Positions 1 to 6,312 of a stretch of 15,542 nucleotides of DNA are shown here, piece by piece. Source of the DNA: Candidatus Micrarchaeia archaeon. Lineage in GTDB: Archaea; Micrarchaeota; Micrarchaeia; CABMEP01. Numbering within the stretch: the stretch's first letter is position 1; each line of letters starts with the position of its first letter. Made by a program: the position numbers and the translations under genes. The notes beneath the pieces were generated by a model. That model saw only the letters and a list, made by a program, of their open reading frames with translations. It was not told the DNA's origin and did not search any database. The stretch spans positions 1 through 15,542 of the forward strand of contig JAVZXS010000011.1 of the NCBI GenBank assembly GCA_038886535.1. The letters are read 5' to 3'.

Positions 1-57
1 GCGCTTTAGTTCATTAATTTCTTCGCTAGATATTTGTTTGCTCAGCACAAGAATCAT
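1..57 (-). CDS. 5' end (first 19 codons) of probable 3-deoxy-7-phosphoheptulonate (DAHP) synthase, type I-beta with N-terminal ferredoxin-like/ACT regulatory domain; runs off the window edge
   Basis: ATG at 57, GGAGG SD at 71-67 (9-nt spacer). Translation MILVLSKQISSEEINELKR resembles the 'MIVVLK...EEI' start of regulated I-beta DAHP synthases, and it lies directly behind an aromatic amino acid leader/attenuator. Only 19 aa are visible. Confidence 0.6.
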   Translation of the reverse strand, partial: MILVLSKQISSEEINELKR

Positions 58-72
58 AATCTATAACCTCCC

Positions 73-106
73 AAATAAAAAACCCCGAGAGATTATCTCG
101 GGGTTT
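73..106 (-). terminator. Rho-independent terminator (attenuator terminator, segments E:F)
   Basis: Minus strand reads AAACCCCGAGA-TAATC-TCTCGGGGTTT followed by TTTATTT: a perfect 11-bp inverted repeat (106-96 / 90-80) with a U-tract, just upstream of the downstream gene's SD. Confidence 0.92.
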
Positions 107-168
107 ATGGTTATTAGCTTCCCACCCCGGGGGATTGCTTCCACCCGGGGCTTGTGCTTATCTAGGCA

Positions 169-270
169 CTAAGGGCCCTCGGGTGGCTTTCTAAAAAAGA
201 AAAAGAAGCCATACCAAGAGCCCTTTACGTCAAACATCTTGCATACTCGATGAGTTACGTCTGACCTCAT
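169..270 (-). CDS. Leader peptide, 33 aa: MRSDVTHRVCKMFDVKGSWYGFFFFFRKPPEGP (alternative start at ATG 237 gives 22 aa)
   Basis: Open frame from ATG 270 to TAG 169, read directly. Codons TGG TAT GGC TTC TTT TTC TTT TTT at 216-193. It lies between the tRNA and the terminator. Too short for the supplied ORF track. Confidence 0.85.
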   Translation of the reverse strand: MRSDVTHRVCKMFDVKGSWYGFFFFFRKPPEGP

Positions 271-308
271 AATCTATCTTTTAAACTCCCAAAATCACTC
301 TTTATGAA

Positions 309-386
309 TGGTCGGGACGGGCGGATTTGAACCGCCGACCCCTAGCTCCCCATGCTAGTGCGCTAACCAGGCTGCGCCACGCCCCG
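309..386 (-). tRNA. tRNA-Pro (anticodon GGG), CCA encoded
   Basis: Minus strand CGGGGCGTGGCGCAGCCTGGTTAGCGCACTAGCATGGGGAGCTAGGGGTCGGCGGTTCAAATCCGCCCGTCCCGACCA: acceptor stem, D arm, anticodon stem CTAGC/GCTAG with loop ATGGGGA, T-loop TTCAAAT, 3' CCA. Confidence 0.97.
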
Positions 387-418
387 ATTCATCTTGTTCT
401 TCCTACAAGTGCCTTTTT

Positions 419-446
419 ATTACAGGAAAACATCCTACACTGTCAA
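419..446 (-). promoter_or_regulatory. Candidate sigma70 promoter for tRNA-Pro (and possibly the leader and downstream gene)
   Basis: Perfect TTGACA at 446-441, 16-nt spacer, TGTAAT at 424-419; about 30 nt upstream of the tRNA 5' end. Confidence 0.55.
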
Positions 447-474
447 GAGGACGCTTGCATTTCGATATAATTTC

Positions 475-504
475 TTCAAAAATGATGTTGACTCATGATA
501 TAAT
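475..504 (+). promoter_or_regulatory. Candidate extended -10 promoter for the pelEFGAB transcript
   Basis: TG-A-TATAAT at 496-504 (perfect extended -10), with TTCAAA at 475-480. A second TATAAT lies at 466-471. This supports a pelE start at 545 rather than 455. Confidence 0.5.
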
Positions 505-544
505 AGAAATTTGTAACCAAGTTCATAAGAAGCTGGGTTCAATT

Positions 545-1588
545 ATGCTGAGTAAAGCATTATATTATTCTTTATTAGCAGAGCTTCTGTCACTGATAAA
601 TCTCATTTACTTGGTGACAGTTTATCAAATAGCATTAATTCTTCTTCTTCATTTCGTAGCCTGCTTGTTAGTCTCTCTTTTTCTTTTAAATCTGTTACCT
701 GCAAGATACAGAAAAGAAAAGTTTAAGGCAATCGGCGTTCTTACGCTGACGGGATTTCTGCTCTATGCACTTGGGTACGCCTTTGTGTTTATTCTTAGCA
801 TATACTTACTAAGAAAACAAAAGGAGGTAGAAAAAAAAGAAATAAATACCCTTTCCATGAAGGAAATCTTTACAGAAAGAGTCATTTCAAAGGGGCCTAT
901 TTTTGGTGAAGCTCCTCTTTTTTTTATAAACAATCCGGAAAAATCTAGCTCTGCTTTAGTGGATAAGTTATCGCTAATACTTCTGGAATCAAAGGATCCT
1001 AAAGTTATAGGTACAGCTTCTAAGGCTATAAGTAGCAGTCACGACGATCTAAGATTGTCTGCCTCTTCTGCCCTTTCCAAGCTGGAAAGGTCGATTCAGG
1101 AAAAGATAAGGGAACTTAGCGAGACTCTGGAAAAAAAACATTTGGAACAGAACACAAGAGCTATGGCATTGTTTGACCTTGCTAAATGCTACTATGATCT
1201 GGTTTATTTTAGGCTTGTTAGCGATGAATTAAAAAATTATGTTCTTCAAAAGGCAGAAAAGTGTATCTTACAGGCTTTAAGTTCGGTTAAGCTACCGGAA
1301 TTTTACATTCTTCTCGGCAAAATAAATCTCGCAAAGAAAAACTATGACATGGCAGAAGAATGCTTTTTAACCGCAATAGACTGTATCAAAAGAGACAACA
1401 AATTTAAGGAGGTGCCACCTCTAAGGTATGCTCCCTATTTGATGGAAGTCTATTTCGAGAAGAGAGATTTCAATCGTGTAAAAAAACTACTTATGGAAAA
1501 TACTACTTACATAAAATACTCAATAAATCCCCATCTTAAATTCCTGGCGGAATTTTGGGGGGTGGCGGATGAAGGTTCTAGTGGATAA
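545..1588 (+). CDS. pelE: Pel polysaccharide biosynthesis protein PelE (N-terminal TM helices, HEAT/TPR-like C-terminus)
   Basis: Hydrophobic N-terminal helices, 'FGEA' and 'DDLRLSASSALSKLE' (PelE-like DDEVRLxAY motif), TPR-like helices, 'PYLMEVYF', terminal 'FW'. Overlaps pelF. ATG 545 is preferred over the track's TTG 455 because promoter-like elements lie in 455-504. Confidence 0.82.
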   Translation: MLSKALYYSLLAELLSLINLIYLVTVYQIALILLLHFVACLLVSLFLLNLLPARYRKEKFKAIGVLTLTGFLLYALGYAFVFILSIYLLRKQKEVEKKEINTLSMKEIFTERVISKGPIFGEAPLFFINNPEKSSSALVDKLSLILLESKDPKVIGTASKAISSSHDDLRLSASSALSKLERSIQEKIRELSETLEKKHLEQNTRAMALFDLAKCYYDLVYFRLVSDELKNYVLQKAEKCILQALSSVKLPEFYILLGKINLAKKNYDMAEECFLTAIDCIKRDNKFKEVPPLRYAPYLMEVYFEKRDFNRVKKLLMENTTYIKYSINPHLKFLAEFWGVADEGSSG

Positions 1589-3089
1589 ACACCATAAGGT
1601 GGAAATTCTTCTAATAGCTGAGGGCACATATCCCTATGTAAGAGGAGGAGTGGCCAGCTGGATACATGAGTTGATAGGAGGGTTACCGGAATTTAAATTC
1701 GGTCTTATCTTCCTTGGGGGAAGAAAGGAGGATTACGGAGATATAAGGTATGAGTTGCCTGAAAATCTAGTTTATTTGGGTGTAGCCTACCTTTTCGAGG
1801 ATCGAAAAAGGCCGAGTCCTAGGTATATAAGTAAGAAAAAGAAAGCTTTTGACATAATTGAAAAAATTCACTGGGATTTTAAAAGGGGTTCTGAGAGAAT
1901 AGTAGACGAGGTATTAAACCCTAATTTTTTCATTAACACAATCAAATATGAAGATTTTCTATATCATAAACAATCCTGGGAACATATCGTTAGCATGTAC
2001 ACCCGCTATGCACCCGAAGAACCTTTTGTAGATTATTTCTGGAATATAAGAAATCTTCATGCACCTCTTTGGGTAGTTAGTAAAATAGCTTCTAATGTAT
2101 GTGATTTTGGGCTTGTTCACAGCCCCTCTACTGGCTACGGTGGTCTTTTAGCCTCCATGTTGAAAACAAGTAGAAAAAAGCCCTTTATACTTACGGAACA
2201 CGGTATATACACTAGGGAGAGAAAAATAGATCTTTTCAATGCAGACTGGTTGGCTGATACGAGATCTTTTATTAACAAAAGACTTGGTGAATTATCCCAT
2301 AATAGAACTATCTGGATAAATTTTTTCTTTCATATAGGCAAAGCGATCTATTCAAAGGCGGATCTAATTATCTCCTTATTTGAAGATGCAAGGAAAATCC
2401 AGATAAGCTACGGAGCAGAACCTGAAAAATGCCAGGTTTTACCTAACGGTGTAGAAATAAAAGTCTATGAAGAAGCTCTAAATAAGCGTCCGGAGTTTGT
2501 ACCGAAGGTAATCGGTTTGATAGGCAGAGTTGTGTCCATAAAGGATATAAAAACCTTCATCAAGGCTATGAAAATACTCATTGAAAAAGTTCCCGATGCT
2601 CAAGGATGGATAGTGGGTCCCACGGATGAAGAACCCAACTACTACGAAGAATGCCTCGAATTAGTAAGAGCCTTAGGGCTAGAAAAAAATGTAATTTTTC
2701 TAGGCTTTCGAAAAGTTAGTGATATTCTTCCAAGTATTGGGGTACTGACTCTGACCTCCATAAGCGAAGGCATGCCCCTTGTGGTGCTAGAAGGATTTGC
2801 CGCGGGCGTACCCTGCGTCAGCACCGATGTGGGATCCTGCAGGCAACTAATATACGGCGGGCTTAACGAAGAAGATATAGCCTTGGGTAAAGCTGGTGAA
2901 GTAACACCTATAGCAGATGTGGATGCTCTTGCAGAATCTTACGCAAAACTCCTTACCGATCAAGAGCTCTGGAAAGGCTATCAAAAGACCGCCCTCGAAA
3001 GAGTAAAAAAATTTTACTCAATGGAAATGTTTCTGGAAAATTACAGAAAAATCTATAAAAGGTTTTTATATGGCAGGAATCTCTCTTGA
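1569..3089 (+). CDS. pelF: GT4 family glycosyltransferase PelF (Pel synthase)
   Basis: N-terminal EGTYPYVRGGVASW, HSPSTGYGG, LTEHGIYTRER, GRVVSIKDIKTFI and the GT4 motif SISEGMPLVVLE; 506 aa; located between pelE and pelG. Confidence 0.96.
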   Translation: MKVLVDKHHKVEILLIAEGTYPYVRGGVASWIHELIGGLPEFKFGLIFLGGRKEDYGDIRYELPENLVYLGVAYLFEDRKRPSPRYISKKKKAFDIIEKIHWDFKRGSERIVDEVLNPNFFINTIKYEDFLYHKQSWEHIVSMYTRYAPEEPFVDYFWNIRNLHAPLWVVSKIASNVCDFGLVHSPSTGYGGLLASMLKTSRKKPFILTEHGIYTRERKIDLFNADWLADTRSFINKRLGELSHNRTIWINFFFHIGKAIYSKADLIISLFEDARKIQISYGAEPEKCQVLPNGVEIKVYEEALNKRPEFVPKVIGLIGRVVSIKDIKTFIKAMKILIEKVPDAQGWIVGPTDEEPNYYEECLELVRALGLEKNVIFLGFRKVSDILPSIGVLTLTSISEGMPLVVLEGFAAGVPCVSTDVGSCRQLIYGGLNEEDIALGKAGEVTPIADVDALAESYAKLLTDQELWKGYQKTALERVKKFYSMEMFLENYRKIYKRFLYGRNLS

Positions 3090-4443
3090 ACTAAAAAAGA
3101 TGTTTAAGAAGAAGAGCTTACTTTCTATTTTTACAGCCTTTGGTTACTCCTTTGCGCTTAGTTCTGGGCCTTATTTTATAACAATTCTTTCCTTAATTTT
3201 AGTAAATTTTCTTGCTGTTGATGGTGCTATTAAAGACTCTAAAGAACTTGTTCAGTTTCAGGTGTCTGTTACTTACATAATAGCTTTTAGCCTTATTCTA
3301 AATGGATTTACAAACCTTTATCTGATAAGATTTTTAGCAGATAGGGCCTTCGAAAAAAAGTATGAAGCTATCGTGCCAAATATATTCGGTGCTATATCCA
3401 TAAATATGTCTGTCGGATTCATAATTTCTCTTCCTTTCGCCATGTTTTTTATCGCACCTTATGCCAGCTATTACTATGCTCTTTCCTTTGCCTTTTGCTT
3501 TACTGTTTTTATGGGCATATGGACGGTTAATACTATCCTTACAGGATTTAAGAATTACAAATATATACTGTTTTCCTTTGTTTTTAGTTACGGAATTTTT
3601 ATTCCTCTTTCCTATATTTTATTCAGTAAAGGCCTAACGGGTTTGATGTTTGCCTTCACTCTTTCTAATATTTTGTTATTTACTTTTCTCATATCCTATC
3701 TCGTAGTCAACTACTATTCTCACAGTATAATTAGTTTTGACTTTATAAAAGAGAAAAAGTACAGGAGCCTTATTTTTACCGGTTTTTTTTATAATCTCGG
3801 GTTGTGGGCAGATAAACTGGTTTTCTGGTTCAATCCCTATACCAATACCCCAGCTCTAGGACCTCTAAAATACTCAGTAGTCTATGACATACCTATATTT
3901 CTAGCTTACCTTTCTATGGCTCCAGGCATTTCCGGTATGTTTCTTAAAGTAGAGTGGGAGTTTTCGTATTACTACGAAAGATATTATAACGCTATCAGAT
4001 CAGGTGCGGTTCTGGAAAAAATATACCTGTATGGTGATGAGCTTATAAATTCTGCAAGGAATGTAATAGTAGATGTTTTAAGAATACAGGCTATATTTGT
4101 AATATTTATTCTTATCACCCAAAAGTTAATTTTTCAACTCTTCAAGCTCTCAAAGGTTTATATACCTCTTTTTGATATACTTCTCATAGGAACTTCTATG
4201 CAAGTGTCTCTGTTAAGTGTTCTAGCTCTCATTTTCTACATCAACCGATTAAAGGACGCTCTTGTAGTAACAGGCTTTTTTGCGTTTACGAACCTGGTTT
4301 TCAGTTTCATAAGTATTTACTTAGGGCCTTACTTTTATGGGTATGGTTTTAACCTATCCGTTATACTAACTTCATTACTGGGAATAATATGCTTGAGGAG
4401 AATTCTTCATGAAATTCATTATTGGACTTTTATGCACATTTAG
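3070..4443 (+). CDS. pelG: Pel exopolysaccharide transporter PelG (MOP/MATE-like polytopic membrane protein)
   Basis: Starts MAGISLELKK (PelG MAGIGFELRK motif); contains SSGP, RFLADRAF, YNLGLWADK, YDIPIFLAYLS and GPYFYGYGF; about 12 hydrophobic segments; 457 aa. Confidence 0.95.
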   Translation: MAGISLELKKMFKKKSLLSIFTAFGYSFALSSGPYFITILSLILVNFLAVDGAIKDSKELVQFQVSVTYIIAFSLILNGFTNLYLIRFLADRAFEKKYEAIVPNIFGAISINMSVGFIISLPFAMFFIAPYASYYYALSFAFCFTVFMGIWTVNTILTGFKNYKYILFSFVFSYGIFIPLSYILFSKGLTGLMFAFTLSNILLFTFLISYLVVNYYSHSIISFDFIKEKKYRSLIFTGFFYNLGLWADKLVFWFNPYTNTPALGPLKYSVVYDIPIFLAYLSMAPGISGMFLKVEWEFSYYYERYYNAIRSGAVLEKIYLYGDELINSARNVIVDVLRIQAIFVIFILITQKLIFQLFKLSKVYIPLFDILLIGTSMQVSLLSVLALIFYINRLKDALVVTGFFAFTNLVFSFISIYLGPYFYGYGFNLSVILTSLLGIICLRRILHEIHYWTFMHI

Positions 4444-5236
4444 TATTGTTAGTTTTTCGTGGGCAAGGGACATTTCCGTAGGGTTCCTTATTTACGGTGA
4501 TCCCTTACCCAAAAAGGCTTTGTATGTGTTTGATTGGCTGATAGTCAATCCGGATAGCCTTCATATAGATGGGTTACGTTATAGAGCCATAAAACCAAAG
4601 TTGATAGCTTATGTAAGCATCGGCGAGGTAGAACCATACAGAGAATACTTCAAAGATTTGAAAAAAGAGTGGATTTTAGGAGATAACATAACCTGGAAAT
4701 CCAAGATAGTGGATATAAGGCAGGATGATTATGTGGAATTTCTTCTAAAAAAAGTATTCTCAAAACTAGATCAATTCGATGGATTCTTTCTTGATACGTT
4801 GGACAGTTATCAAAACTTCCTAGAAAGTCCGGAGAATAGAAAACCGGCAGAAGATAATCTTGTAAGACTTATAAAGACCCTTAGGTCAAAATATCCCGAT
4901 AAGATCATTCTTATAAATCGTGGTTTTGAGATTGTAGAAAGAGTCAGCAGTGAAGTAAACGGCCTTGTTGCCGAGAGTCTTTTCTACGGCCTTAAGCTCG
5001 GGGAAGAAATAGACTACAGAAAAATGAATAGAGAGGAGACTGAATGGCTTCTCGGTAAACTTAATCATGCAAAGAACCTCGGTCTTAAGGTTATAGTTGT
5101 GGATTATGTGCCACCGAACAATAGAAAACTTCAGTTAGAAACTGCAAGGAAGATATACAAACTTGGCTTCATACCATATGTTTCAGACAGGTATCTCAGA
5201 ACTTTAGGTGTATCTACATATAATTTAAGCCGTTAA
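4409..5236 (+). CDS. pelA: PelA glycoside hydrolase domain only (endo-alpha-1,4-polygalactosaminidase-like, GH114/GH166 type), with signal peptide; deacetylase module absent
   Basis: Signal peptide MKFIIGLLCTFSIVSFSWA; motifs AYVSIGE, GFFLDTLDSY, INRGFE, VAES, VVDYV and GFIPYV. It ends at 275 aa, right after the TIM-barrel, whereas canonical PelA is about 900 aa. Confidence 0.88.
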   Translation: MKFIIGLLCTFSIVSFSWARDISVGFLIYGDPLPKKALYVFDWLIVNPDSLHIDGLRYRAIKPKLIAYVSIGEVEPYREYFKDLKKEWILGDNITWKSKIVDIRQDDYVEFLLKKVFSKLDQFDGFFLDTLDSYQNFLESPENRKPAEDNLVRLIKTLRSKYPDKIILINRGFEIVERVSSEVNGLVAESLFYGLKLGEEIDYRKMNREETEWLLGKLNHAKNLGLKVIVVDYVPPNNRKLQLETARKIYKLGFIPYVSDRYLRTLGVSTYNLSR

Positions 5237-5274
5237 AGAAAAAGAATACGTTAAAGTGAACCTGGCTTGTAAGT

Positions 5275-6312
5275 ATGAGAGAGTGGAAACCTGTTGTTCG
5301 TGGTAAATTTTTTAGTATAAAGGAACTGCTAGCTTCAATTTTTCTATTTCTGTGTATCTCTATTATTCTCTTTCCCAAAGATAAGCTAGAAGAATATCTC
5401 TTTACAGAAGAAAAGACAAATTTGGAATTATATATAACTTATATGAAAAACATATCCAGAATAAAAAATGATCCTGTCCTTAGGCTATTTCTTGCAAACA
5501 CGCTTATACAGGCCGGTAGATTGACTGAAGCACAAGAAATAGGCTTCGACCTTATAAACTCTTCTCATAAAGACGAAGCCTATCTTGTTCTTTTCAGGGT
5601 AGAAAAATTCAAACACTTCTCCGAAAAAGAAAATAACCATAGATTGATGGAAGATTATCTTATTAAAGCCATTGAAGCCACTAATAGAAAAGATATTGTG
5701 GTGGAAATATACAAAGAAGCGATTAGCATGAATCTGACCACAGCTGTTATGTTGTCCTCAGATAAACTGTACAGAATGGAGGGAGATCCTAAGTGGCTTG
5801 AAGAAGCTTACAACTATGCAATAGCTAGAGGGGATTTCAGATCCGGCATTATCTACGCATCTGAGCTGTGCAATAGAAATCCTGAAAAGAAAACTTCATA
5901 TATTAACGATATAGTTTACATGATAAAAAATCATAAAGACAATGAAGAACTTCTTGAAATCCTCAGAGTAAACATAGATGAAAAAACCTATAAGAATGTT
6001 CTTTCTCAGTTAACGACATCTGAAGAGATTTCGGTAAGTGCAGTCTCCGAAAAAAGCTTGAAGGAATATATAGAAATTTTTAAAAACACGAAAAATATGA
6101 GTGAGAGAAAACATCTTTTTGAAAAAATAGTGGGAATATATTTGACCCAGGGGCAGCATCAGGATCTTAAAGAGTTTCTCTTGAGATACCATGCGGAATT
6201 CGTAAAAGATAAAGTTCTTGCGGTCTTTATGCTAAAAGCATCTCTTGCTACGGGAGACACTCAATTTGCTCGAACTATAGCCGTTAGTATAAAGGAGGCT
6301 AATCTAAAATGA
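5275..6312 (+). CDS. PelB N-terminal-like TPR protein with N-terminal membrane anchor (first part of a split PelB)
   Basis: Hydrophobic segment LLASIFLFLCISIILFP, then 'LYITYMKNI..DPVLRLFLANTLIQAGRLTEA', resembling the first TPRs of PelB. All-helical composition; lies between pelA and the PelB barrel gene with an ATGA overlap. Confidence 0.65.
   Translation: MREWKPVVRGKFFSIKELLASIFLFLCISIILFPKDKLEEYLFTEEKTNLELYITYMKNISRIKNDPVLRLFLANTLIQAGRLTEAQEIGFDLINSSHKDEAYLVLFRVEKFKHFSEKENNHRLMEDYLIKAIEATNRKDIVVEIYKEAISMNLTTAVMLSSDKLYRMEGDPKWLEEAYNYAIARGDFRSGIIYASELCNRNPEKKTSYINDIVYMIKNHKDNEELLEILRVNIDEKTYKNVLSQLTTSEEISVSAVSEKSLKEYIEIFKNTKNMSERKHLFEKIVGIYLTQGQHQDLKEFLLRYHAEFVKDKVLAVFMLKASLATGDTQFARTIAVSIKEANLK

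Larger units (their letters stand above)
73..270 (-). promoter_or_regulatory. Ribosome-dependent transcription attenuator with six pairing segments (A:B, C:D, E:F versus B:C, D:E)
   Basis: A (225-206, AAGGGCUCUUGGUAUGGCUU) pairs with B (189-171, AAGCCACCCGAGGGCCCUU). B (186-175) pairs with C (151-141, GCCCCGGGUGG) in 11 bp with one bulge. C (150-145) pairs with D (130-125). D (CGGGGU, 129-124) pairs with E (ACCCCG, 104-99). E:F is the terminator. Confidence 0.85.

Noticed and set aside
73..308. T-box riboswitch interpretation of the leader
   Set aside because: No T-box sequence (UGGNACC) or stem I motifs seen; the leader ORF with regulatory codons explains the structure better.
309..386. tRNA-Pro as integration site (attB) for the pel block
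   Set aside because: The pel genes lie on the tRNA's 5' side, no duplicated tRNA 3' end was seen at 10935-11200, and there is no integrase in the window.
455..544. N-terminal 30-aa extension of PelE from TTG 455; its DIIEICNQV faintly resembles the PelD C-terminal DINRICAEI
   Set aside because: The region holds promoter-like TATAAT elements and has no SD. The resemblance is short, weak at DNA level and in AT-rich sequence, so it cannot support a pelD remnant or a recombination repeat.
5231..5256. 8-bp direct repeat CGTTAAAG at the pelA stop
   Set aside because: Too short to call a target-site duplication, with no element between the copies.
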